In this document: positions 37,498-48,000 of the stretch, piece after piece
How the letters are laid out: every line of letters begins with the position of its first letter
Numbering within the stretch: position 1 is the stretch's first letter
Origin: Phoronis australis
Lineage: Eukaryota; Animalia; Phoronida
Length of the DNA: 64,000 nucleotides
Reading direction: 5' to 3'
NCBI GenBank assembly: GCA_002633005.1
Contig: NMRA01000255.1
Span: 317,937 to 381,936, forward strand
The notes under the pieces: generated by a model
Databases searched by the model: none
The model's input: only the letters and a program-made list of their open reading frames with translations
Told to the model about the DNA's origin: nothing
Made by a program: the position numbers and the translations under genes

Positions 37498-40400
37498 ACT
37501 CCAGGTCACGACAATTTGTTACATCTCTCATGTCAGTCATTGACGAAAGAGTGGTGAAAGACCGCAGTAGACCCACCTGTACATCCAGTGTACTCAACCG
37601 TACCAAGCTGTCTAGACCTGCGATTTTGGTGATTTTATTCTTACCCAAGAACAAACTGTCAAGGGTGACGAGGTTCTCCAGATTTTCAATGACCTGAAAA
37701 AAGGTTAAAAAGAGTGAATGTTGTCAATACGGCGTGGTGAGACTAGAAATTATTAAGTACAATACATTTCATGTACTTATTTACACCCTCGATAAAAGAG
37801 TGGAATAGCTTTTACTGAATCCACTGATTTTCACGAGGGTCAAGCCAAGCAGACACAAGCTGGGGATTACTGCACTAATGTACGTACCAACTCCCACCGG
37901 GCATTGGCTGCATTCACATGACAGTGTTAGAGTACCAGAGAAACTCAACTGTGATAAAAACTTTGAATTTCTGACACTGTAGGTATCCATTTTTCAAAAA
38001 TTACCCTTCCTCTGGATAATTTATCAGCAAATAAGAACATTAATTAAAAACATAATTTGTGGGCATCAAAACAAAATTATATAATATCAGTTTCAAATGG
38101 AAAGTGCTTACATCACAACAGAAATCACTTATCTTTTACACCTTGCAAACCAGGACAATCTTGTATGGGAAGCATTGCCAATAGAACGTACCCTGATACG
38201 GTTAGCGCCCAGTTCCAGCAAGACAAGCTCAGATAGATGTCCTAGGTTCTCAATCTTTGTTATCTTGTTCTGTACCAAAAACAACTTCCGAAGTTTTGTC
38301 AAGCACTCTAAATTTTCAATTTTTCGAATTCTGTTGAAGGACAAATCCAAGTGCCTAGAAATAGATTAGGTTCACTTCATACACAGACCATGCAAAACTG
38401 AGCTAGATAAGTTAAGGTTAAAGAATACCTCTCAAGTTTCTAAAATGACTTTCAAACTATAAATAGTAGGCTCAAAATTATGTATTTTTTAAATTGTTGA
38501 TGATAACAGAATCTTATTATGAGCACAAAAATAATGTCCAGATGTTTGTAATCATGTGGCTGTGTTTTATTCTAAAAAAATTAATTTAAGGACATTGCCA
38601 TAATTTCCACGAATTATGATGTTTGTTGATTCTAGTAGCTACAAAAACGAGTCAGAACCTTTCAGCCTGAGAACTCTGTGAATGACGTCAACATTATTTG
38701 AAAAATTGGATGTCTTGATTTTTGACAGTCATCAAATTCACACCCACTTTTGTCACAAATAGAACAAAGAAACAGAATTTGCAATTGGCAAGCAAAAAAG
38801 AATGCTTAAGGAAAACACGATGATCTCTGAGAAAAGTCTTGATTTTTAGAAAAAAACAATCACCGCCTGTGAAAAAGACTACAATAACCATTGCATTTGT
38901 CATCAAGAATTTTAACAAGAGCAACCCTGGGGCATTGACATGCGCAGTTCTATTTTCCAAATTGCATGAAAATCATAAACACAGGAAAAAGTACACAAAA
39001 CTAAAATTTTCACAAGGGACAAATCAGTCGTTAGATTGGTCTGACACTAGTCATCATTTGTCATCATCTCCATAGGAACACATGTGCCTAATTTCTTAGA
39101 AAGAGTTAAGGAGATGCAACCGCAGATGCAAAAAACAACAATATTCCCACTAGGGGGTGCCAGGGTTGTCAATCCTATCCAAAAATCAATGCCAGTTGTG
39201 GTCTCCTAATCAGGAACACACAATGATGCTAATTTTCATGATGATCCTTCAAGCGAGTTGGCAGACACAAGAGAAGATGCCAAAAACATGAAAAATTTTT
39301 AAAAATGGACACCAGATGACGCAGCATCATTAGAGCCATCCGAAAACGGAAACATGTCGTTGTCTCTTTAATAAAAACCTAATTTCATTACAATCCATCA
39401 AAAAACTCCGAAGATGCAGAGGCAGGAGCAAAAAAAAAAAAAACAACACAACACATCTCCAGTTTTACCTACTCTAGATTAACTAATGCCTCCAGACCCT
39501 GAATTTGCGTTATTTGGTTGTCATACAGGTCTAGCTCCCTTAATGTAACACCCAGGGTAGTCAGACCCTCGATTTTCTTTATCAGATTCTGTCTGAAGCA
39601 TAGAGTCTGGAAAAAATACAATGTAATCAACAAGTCAGCAAGCAAGAATACACATATTAAGTAATCAACAAGTTAGCAAGCAAGAATACATATTTTAGGC
39701 AGATGTGGTTGCAATAAGAGCATTATAAACTGCAAAAACCAGGTTAAAAGAAAAGCATCAGACATGAAATCAGGGCACCGAAAACCCAAACATTGTCCAA
39801 CAAGAGCTAAACACGCATTAATATGCACCTACTTGGCACCCCGTAAAAGGAAAAATTTTAGTTGTGATCATTTATTTTAAACGTACACTAGGGCAAGCAA
39901 CTTAAATTGAATCCACAAGGTGGAGGGCTAGTCATCAAGAAATTCTGATTGAGACACTCACAGCAGTCCAATCCATGCAATAGCCGACACCATTCATGCT
40001 CACATGAATAAAAACTCATTAACCATGATGGCAATTCTTCAAAAGGTTTGCAAGAGTCTCCATATTTATAAAAACAGTAGGGAGCATACCACAAGTGGGG
40101 AATGCTCAAAATGGACAAGTGCTGCCCTCTCCTAGATAAAATCTTTCAACAAAATTTTATTATGATCCTTCATTAAACTTGGAATTTGATAGTTATTGAG
40201 GCAAACACACAAATTTTTTAAATAAAACCACCAACTAAGGTGGTAAAGTTGTAGTTGAAAGTGTCCAAAAATCAAATCATCTAAGTTTTCGTCAGTGGAA
40301 ACACATTCATTAAATATTGCAATGATTCTTCAGTGGGGGACAGAAAGGATACCAAAAGGTACAGTCAGAAATTATCTAAAATTGTCACCAGATGGAGCAT

Positions 40401-43400
40401 AGCATATTGGTGTCTCATTCTTTATAGAAACACACCAGTGTAATGACGTGAAGTTGCAACTTGGAAGACCGTGCATTTTGACCATTCAGCACAGTCTCCA
40501 CAACAGAACAGCGAGAGAACACAACTTACCGGAGGGAGACAATTTCAGAACGCGCTCACTACGGCACACTTTCTGTGTGATGAACTGACATTTTTTGTAA
40601 TTTCATATTTGAGGAAATTAAATAAGGTTCAACATACCTTACGTAGACAGTAAATATGCCAAATTGACCACTAATACATTAAAAAAATGTCCCTCTTATT
40701 AACTACAATGGGATCTAACAAATTGGTCATGAGTTCTACAACATACTTTCAGGAAGTTTTGAAAATGAAACTTGCTTGAAACAGTTCTGTCAGGAAATAG
40801 ATAAAAAGCCAGCAAGTGGATGTGAATCAATGACAATTGGCCAAATTGGTGAGGTAATCTTCCTGAACTACACACCTCCACCTCTGTAAGAGGCTCCATG
40901 TGTTCAATCTTTCCAATGCGATGGTGGTTGAGATCCACATCAATAGACTTGGGGTCTATGTGTACCATTTGTCTGACCTCCTCTTCTTCTGTTGTCTCAG
41001 GGTCAGAAATGTCACTGGTGCTGGGACCTGCATGGGGAAATGTCTGTACATAAATCTGTTGTCACCATTTTCCATAATATACATCGAAAACTTGACATGA
41101 ATTAGGTTCGGGTACTCATAGTACAGGTCAAAATGGAGGCATTGTATTGAGCCAAGGAAATCATACACTGCACTGGTGCCTAATGTCACTTGTCCAGACA
41201 TAAGTTCAAAACATTTTTCCTTGTTTTTCAAATTGATCTTGGCAAAATTAAAACCCGTCATCACAGGGAGTCAAACTGGGTTTTAGAAAATGTAGGAATT
41301 ACAAATGTCCTGAAAATAATACACAGTCAGTACATTCTGGGTTTTCGAAAATCCACTGGTAATCCAAAACCGGCCAATGACGCTGATTTGGTGTGCATTG
41401 TGAAGGGTGACGCCTTTGAGCACCAAGGCACACAGGGGAAACAACACGGCAAGAAGGTGTAGAACATGATTCACTGAAATGCCAGTGAACCACAGAATGT
41501 TGAAAAGAAACAATACAAATAGTGCAGCCTTCATACATGTAGCTATTATCCATGCACAAGAAGGAGTTTGTCAGAAATTTAAGCGGGTTTGTAGCTACGT
41601 AAATGGTTAGATACCGAAGAAAATAGACCATTTACAAGTTTCGCTGAGCAAGGGAAGTGGGACAAAATATTAAAATTTTGGTAAACTTTGCATAAGATCT
41701 GTAGCCTTGCAAAGTAGACAACTAGCATGAAGGGGTCACCTACACTATAAGAATGTAGCGCTTTTTATACACATGACAGGAATGATGGCGACAGCGTAAA
41801 TCATGACAAAGTCTGGTAAGAAGTCGCACAATCTGCAGTCGCCAACTCCTAGTTGCTTACGTACAGTCAGCAATTTCACCTTGACTTGCAAATATCACCC
41901 TGGACTAGTGTTTTAATTCTATCGGTGTAGTGAATGCATTCCAGCGCATCTAAGGTAGTGACGTCACGTGGAATTTTTCGTCACATCCTGCCAGTTTTAG
42001 AATCCCTGTAGAGCAGCAGTTCTGAGTAAGGAAGAAACCTGCCGTGAGGTCCATGTGTTCAGACGTGCCATTGCTGTGTGTGTGACATGGGATAGTCACT
42101 TAAAGGAGCATGCCACCCAAAAAACAACCTAATTTGTATCAATTTAGATCGAGTAGTTCTACTCCATAACGACACGTACGGTTGCGTTACCTGACACCTG
42201 ACGGCAGACGGAGGTGTTGAAATTATCCAATGACGTCATTGGTTTCACACACAGTTTGTTCAGCAGTTCACAACACGGGTTACTAGTGTCAGCTTATAGC
42301 TTGAAGTCATCGTTTAACACCAATAAATCATCAAACTTCGATGTAAAACCCTTAAAAATACACCGAGTTCTTATAAAAACGTGTTGTTTTATTTCGCTCT
42401 TACGGATTTATTGGTATTTGGACAAACCGGCAGGCTAATAAGGTCCTTAGCAGGAGTTTGGGGTCTGTTCGGAGATAATTTCGAAGTATTTTCCGTGAGA
42501 TACAGACAGGAGAACCTAGATCTGTGTTGTTTAGACTTGTGATTTTTTGATTTCTAAACACAAAACGCTTGTTATCCTGGCCAGTGGCTCGGAGGCCGAT
42601 CAGGCCGGTCGCGGCCGCCGGATTGACTCGTTATCCCGGCCAGTTCCTCGGAAACTGATCAGATATCATGAACATAAACCAGCCAAAGTTCAGTGGAAAC
42701 TAAACTTCGAGTCAAGAGAATACTATACTAGTGAGCCAAAGTAATGTGCACATGATTATGTTGGTGAATTAGCCACGAAACTGCAAATCTACTTACTCAT
42801 ATTCCCCTAACACCTGGCCGTGGGATGGAAATCGAGTTGTTTCACAACAGTTTCTGCCAGCAAACACTTAATTAGCATGAGCTCACACAGCCTCGGTGTC
42901 CCGTCAATTAGTTTTATTGCACCTAAAGCCGGTAACGCAGTTATTTATTCATTGCTGGCTTCTCAAATCATTTGCACTCACGAATACTCCAAAGGCATTA
43001 CAAATTGCATCTAATGAGACAGACTTTGTTTCAGTTTTAGTATTGGTTAGGGTGAGAATAATTCACTCGCAATTCTGACTTAGGACGAGCTAGAGCTCAT
43101 AAGTCCCGACTTCGCAGGTGGATCGTTAAGTTTTACAGGCTATCAATTCGAACAGGAATACAGTTATGAAGAAATACTAGAGATGCGCCGTGAACAAGCT
43201 CAGACAACGGAACGTATGGAGTTATTTGAAAATTCGGCATTCGTCAGGCACTGTCGACGTCTGCAGGCCACAGACACGGAGATGTTTCACGGCCTCATAC
43301 TTGGTATTTACAGCATACATTTCATTCTTCACTACCATGAGCCACTTCCTAAGCATTTCGGACTTTCGAGGAAGTAAACAAAAACGATATACCCACTTTC

Positions 43401-44752
43401 CTCGCAGCTGCTTAGTTCGGACAAGCGGGAACGATGCAAGGTAAGGTCGACTGTATGCGAGGCGATGTGGATATAGACCGATTAAGACGGCAAAAAAGGC
43501 TAATTAAATCGGGTGGCATCCTCCTTTAAGTGTATACCTGAATATTAATTAGCCTACATGCAGTAGGTTGTGGGTGTTTAGAGAAGGTTACAGTACTGTT
43601 AAGTGTATCATATCCATGAGTGAAACAAATACAGTACGGTCAAATATCCAGCTGCGTGTCACTGACACTGTGTGTGTGTGCGTAACAAGGTCACCAGGCG
43701 TAATAGCCAGCCACCTAGCTGTATGAAGACTATCATCAAAATATAGCTAGGTACCACTGTGTGTTAATCTTCCGTAGACCCCAAAATTGCACACAGCCAG
43801 GGTAGTTCTGCTCGTCACCTCACCACAAAAATTGTTTCAACATGTAAAGCTAAAGACTGGACGGGGTGCAACCAAAATCTAGGAGTCAACCGACACTCAC
43901 CTTGTCCGTTACAACAATGCAACAAATGTCATTTACTTGCATTATTCTCAATCTTTTGTAACAATGAAACGTATGTCGTCGTTTTGAAAACCATACACTC
44001 GGGTCACGAGCACGCGCTATTTCCTAAATTTTTGTGACAACTTTGCAGCAGCAAAATTTGTTCTGAAATTTGGTTTTTCAGTAACAAAATTCTATGCAAC
44101 CTAGTGAAAGAACAACAGTTGATTGAAGAATCGGTGAAAAAAGAAACTAGCCAAAAGGTGACGCAATATTTCATGGCGCCGAAAGCTGACGCAGATCGCT
44201 CTACGACTTTAGCAGCAGAATAACGGTAACGCCATTTTTTCCAACACCATTAAACAATTTAGTTTACTCCAGGAAGACTAATTTTGTGTCAGATTTTATC
44301 TTACCACTTTTTTACCCACATCAGCGCAAAGCTGTATATTTAGTATACAGCTTTGTACCAAGGCTACGGGCGTAAGTCAGTGCTCGGAGAGTCTGACACT
44401 GAGTGGACAGAGAGAAGTTGATCCAAGGTAAGCCGTTAAAGTAGATTTTGTAATATCCTGCCACAGCAAAGATCTTCTATCTTATGACTGGGAAGAGACA
44501 AGGCGTGCTCAGAAAGAGTGCATCCAGCGATTTACCAATCTTCGTATTTATTGAGCGGACCAGTGCAGAGTCCACCAATATCAGGTAAGCTGCATTGTAT
44601 TGTATCGTAATAACATGGCTAGGGAGGTGAAAAACGCCTGATTTTGTGTTCTTGGGTCAAACGACAATGAAAAATAATGGGTTTGGCAATATTATTTTAA
44701 AGCAAGAAGTTTGCTTTTTACCCAAAACTTCTGTCTTCTCCGGGGCTGCCAT
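32454..44752 (-). CDS. PPP1R7: Protein phosphatase 1 regulatory subunit 7 / Sds22: complement(join(32454..32663,34386..34472,36112..36216,37577..37693,38192..38354,39473..39606,40876..41027,44722..44752)), 332 aa
   Basis: Tandem SDS22-type LRRs (LDLSFNRIRKIENL, LFLGKNKITKIAGL, LELGANRIR, LEEFW) and an LRR cap (TVYLERNP...YRRKV...QIDAT). All introns GT-AG with matching phases. Confidence 0.93.
33494..33725. repeat. ~40-bp CA-rich minisatellite in a PPP1R7 intron
   Basis: CATGACATACCCTAGCACACACTTAACTGTCTACACACACACT-like units, 5-6 copies. Confidence 0.85.
34386..34472 (-). CDS. PPP1R7: PPP1R7 exon 7 (VRLTTLDLSANRI...LEEFW)
   Basis: ttcag acceptor, gtaagt donor. Confidence 0.92.
36112..36216 (-). 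CDS. PPP1R7: PPP1R7 exon 6 (SNRILQVEG...LYLSNNGISKIEGLDKN)
   Basis: ttcag acceptor, gtaagt donor. Confidence 0.92.
37158..37499. repeat. (CACGCG)n and (CA)n microsatellites flanking an assembly gap (N at 37258-37456)
   Basis: Direct reading. Confidence 0.95.
37577..37693 (-). CDS. PPP1R7: PPP1R7 exon 5 (VIENLENL...LSTLDVQ)
   Basis: ttcag acceptor, gtgggt donor. Confidence 0.92.
38192..38354 (-). CDS. PPP1R7: PPP1R7 exon 4 (HLDLSFNRIRKIENL...LGANRIR)
   Basis: ctag acceptor, gtacgt donor. Confidence 0.92.
38914..39430 (-). mobile_element. Old reverse-orientation relic of the Helentron-like family
   Basis: Starts AACAAGAGCAAC (reverse complement of the copy B 3' end); retains CCACTAGGGGGTGC (39147) and CACCAGATGACGC (~39310). 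Confidence 0.55.
39473..39606 (-). CDS. PPP1R7: PPP1R7 exon 3 (TLCFRQNLIKKIEGL...LDLYDNQI)
   Basis: ccag acceptor, gtaggt donor. Confidence 0.9.
40876..41027 (-). CDS. PPP1R7: PPP1R7 exon 2 (...DVDLNHHRIGKIEHMEPLTEVE)
   Basis: cag acceptor, gtgtgt donor. Confidence 0.88.
42104..43525 (-). mobile_element. Kolobok-type non-autonomous transposon with THAP-domain relic, 1422 bp
   Basis: TTAA TSD; TIR AGGAGCATGCCACCC/GGGTGGCATCCTCCT; minus-strand frameshifted CIVPACPN...LPRKSEMLRKWL...LRVCGL at about 43255-43439. Confidence 0.82.
43704..44366 (+). mobile_element. Same TAGCC...GGCTA element, copy 2, in PPP1R7 intron 1
   Basis: Flanks CAGGCGTAA / CGGGCGTAA (9-bp TSD, one mismatch); colinear with copy 1 plus about 90 bp of extra internal sequence. 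Confidence 0.78.
44722..44752 (-). CDS. PPP1R7: PPP1R7 exon 1 (MAAPEKTEVL-G)
   Basis: aagATGG start; gtaaaa donor in phase 1 matches exon 2. Short exon, so less certain. Confidence 0.7.
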
Positions 44753-44967
44753 CTTTATTCCCGCAGTGCAAATTTACCGCGTCTGGATTGGCTAGAAACT
44801 TTAATGACGAGTAATTAGAAATGTTATCTTTGCTCGTTTTGCAATATTGTTTAGTGCGGCGCTGTACTTGTCATGCGCATTAGTGGTATAGCAACAGATG
44901 ACAACAAAATTTTAGATTTATCTGCGGTGCTCGTTTTACTTAGGACACATAAAAAATTAGCATTACA
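44753..44967. promoter_or_regulatory. Putative bidirectional promoter shared by PPP1R7 and ZMYND12
   Basis: 215 bp between divergent ATGs. Contains ATTGG (CCAAT box, ~44788), CATGCGCAT (NRF1-like, ~44872), an X-box-like GTGGTATAGCAAC (44883-44895), and YY1-like AAGATGGC over the PPP1R7 start. Confidence 0.65.
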
Positions 44968-45074
44968 ATGACCTTAAATCCGTTGGCAAACCCAAAAGGA
45001 GTGAATTTAGTCTGTGAATTATGTCAAAAACCTGCGTATTTGCAGTGTACGAAGTGTAGAGTCACTTATTACTG
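44968..45074 (+). CDS. ZMYND12: ZMYND12 exon 1 (MTLNPLANPKG...VTYYC)
   Basis: acaATGa start, gtaagt donor. Confidence 0.9.
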
Positions 45075-48000
45075 GTAAGTCAACCGTCTTCGCTTTAGTT
45101 AGTTCAACTTCAAGTTCAACTTCATTTGTCAACTCAAGTTTCATCTTAAACTTAAAGCATTTAAACTTAAATCATGAAGTTTACTTCATAGACATAGAAC
45201 ATGACTTCCAGCTCTACCTTGACTTGTATTTTCAATGCAAAAAATCTGGGGATCTTGCGCAGCATCCTTATTCACTCGCCTGCCGAGTTGGACAGTTTTA
45301 CTTTTAGGATCGTGTGTACTGTCTGTAGCCAGTGTAGGCTATTGAACCCATAGGCATAGGCATAGGTGAACAGTTGTGAATTTCTTTTGTCTGCTGCCAG
45401 AGTGGACAGTATCACCATCTCAACTGGCCACAGGCACAGTAGAGACAGTAGCCGTCCCATAGGCCCTCCATACGTCACAAGCTTTTTGTCGAATTATGAG
45501 TGCCTCATAACATTAACAGTGTTTTCCCGTTGCTCCCAATTACTTGTTCCATTCTACAGCCCCACAACAAGTTGGGAAGTTTACCCCTGTAGCCAACATC
45601 TTACACGACTGATTAGTTCCATTCTGGCATTCATGTTTGAAGGGCCAGCTCTCTTTTGTTCGATAATTGCTCTAATCTTCAATAAGATCATATCTAGCCT
45701 GACTGGGCTGTGCTGTTAAAAATGAAAGTTATGTTATAACATGTTTGAACATAAACCAATAGCATTTCTGAGATCCTCGTCAAATGGTGATCATGTTTAG
45801 TTTTTGAATCGCCAAAATCGCCTAACGGCAACCAAAGTTACGATAATCTATTCTTTCCAAATGTGCCAATTCACTCTGGGTTTGATGGTGTTAACACATG
45901 GTCTGTAATAAGCTTGGTAGATAATTGGCATGCCTGTTGTCATAACAGACAAAAGACTCTGCTTGGCAGTTAACAAAGAAGTTAGATGTTATCACACGCA
46001 CAGAACCGGCCCTTCATCTGGTAAAGTCACTGAACGGGGAAAACGCTGTCATGATGATCAAACCATCAAAGTTGCTATACATATAGCTTGCACATAGAGG
46101 GACACCTTAGGAGACTTCTGACATCTTCAACTCTTCTCAGCTGGAACAAATACTCTCGCAGTCAAGCTTTTTTAACAGTCGGATTTTTACACTGCTCATG
46201 CTGGGATATGACATCAACATCTATCGTGAAACCCCATATGTACCTGGTTATAGATAAAATAGTTGTAACATATCAACTGTTATTTAAGTACAATAGTGGA
46301 CTAATTGATCATGCTTAATAATGAACATCTCTGTGACAGGTGACCCATCACTGCTAGCATTGTCTAAGTGGAGGCCACTAAAGATTGTGGCAATTTGTCT
46401 GTGAATTGATTTACATTATAATTTAAATGGTAAATTTGAGTTTCAGTAATCACCAACAAATTAGTATGTTACCTGCAGATGTCTGTATTCACTCCCTGCT
46501 CATTGCTAGAAAGTTTTCAGCTAATTTTACCTTAACCTTCAAATTCACTTGCTTTGAAAGCACCCTATGTGTAAAGAAGGTGTAATCTAGAAGCCGTCAG
46601 AAAGTTCTTTTCATTTTAAAGTGCCTTACCATTGATGTTGCTTTGTTTGCAGTGGAGTAGAACACCAGAAAGCTGACTGGCTTGGTATTCACGAGAAAAT
46701 ATGTCAGCTATTAATACCATTACGGACTCCCATACCTTTCCTGGCCTCGGAAGAAGAAAGAGTACACAGGAACCAACAATTAAAAATGAGACAGGTGAGG
46801 AATGATGTGATTCTTAATCACACAGTACCTAGTAGTGTAAGTCCTTGTACAAATTCTGATTCAAATAGGGCATGTGCTTTTCATATTTTTTCTTGGAATC
46901 TGAGTGCTATTCAGAAAAAACGTGAGTTTCACCGCAAGTACTGACTAGTTTATGGGGTATAAAAATATTTTTACTTCTCTGAATTTAAACAGGCTCTATA
47001 TATTTTTGATGTGCGATTAATTGCGTTGGATAACCATTTGGCAGTCTAAACTATAGATTTAAAAATGCCTCATGCCAAATACCAGAAATGAACTCTCAAT
47101 GTGTCTAGTTCACATATGCGTATCTGTTATGGTAGCTTAGTCTCTGGTGACCAGCGCTTCACATTTTGACCTATTTCCTTTATCTTGTTTACCATTAATG
47201 TGTTTCACATTGCAGTTACATATGATAGACTTGACAAGGACAACAGGCCAGAAGTTGCTGTTTGAAGGCAAACATGAACAAGCGGTTCCCGCAGCCATGC
47301 AGTCACTCAGGTTTGCCATAGACGTGCACGGGTTGGCTAGCATAGAGTTGGTACCGTCCTATCTCATCTTAGGAGAGGCTAGTATAGGTAATGGTGGTTG
47401 TTATTGGTCTTACTAGAAATGGAGTCAGTAATGTTTTGAATTATTATTATGGATATGCTAAGTATGGTTAACATGATATTAACCACAGAAGCATTATATA
47501 GCTGATGTCTCGATCAATGTTATGCTTGTAATTATGGTATTGGTATAGATTTTCAGGGTTTGCAACTGCCTGAATGTCGAATGCGTACGAGTGTAAAACA
47601 CTCACCTTTGAAATTAGAAATTTATATTGGTACATTAAATTCTCACCAATTGTGGACAAAAATAATTGTTTTAAATGAGTTTTGTTCACTTTTCCAAAGG
47701 CTTCTAACATTATTGTGAATACCCACAATTTCACTAAACATTTTGTGATGGTAGCTGTGTTATAAAACTCATAAAAAATGAAGCATTTATTATGTGATGA
47801 TGAAGGTACGTTTTGAGTAAAGATTTCACACTATTAAGTTTCTGTTTGAACCCTTTTGTGCCTTTGTTATTCTTGTAGGCCTGGGTAGACTATCTCAAGC
47901 TGAAGAGTACTTAATGCAGGCACAGTGGACTGTGTTGAAAACTCCAGAATGTTCTGATGCTATCAAGTCCAAGCTGTACCGAAATCTAGGTCTGTTATAT

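Noticed and set aside
37096-37654. ORFs with poly-RA, HA, VR or CV runs
   Set aside because: Translations of microsatellites and Ns; only 37577-37693 is a real exon.
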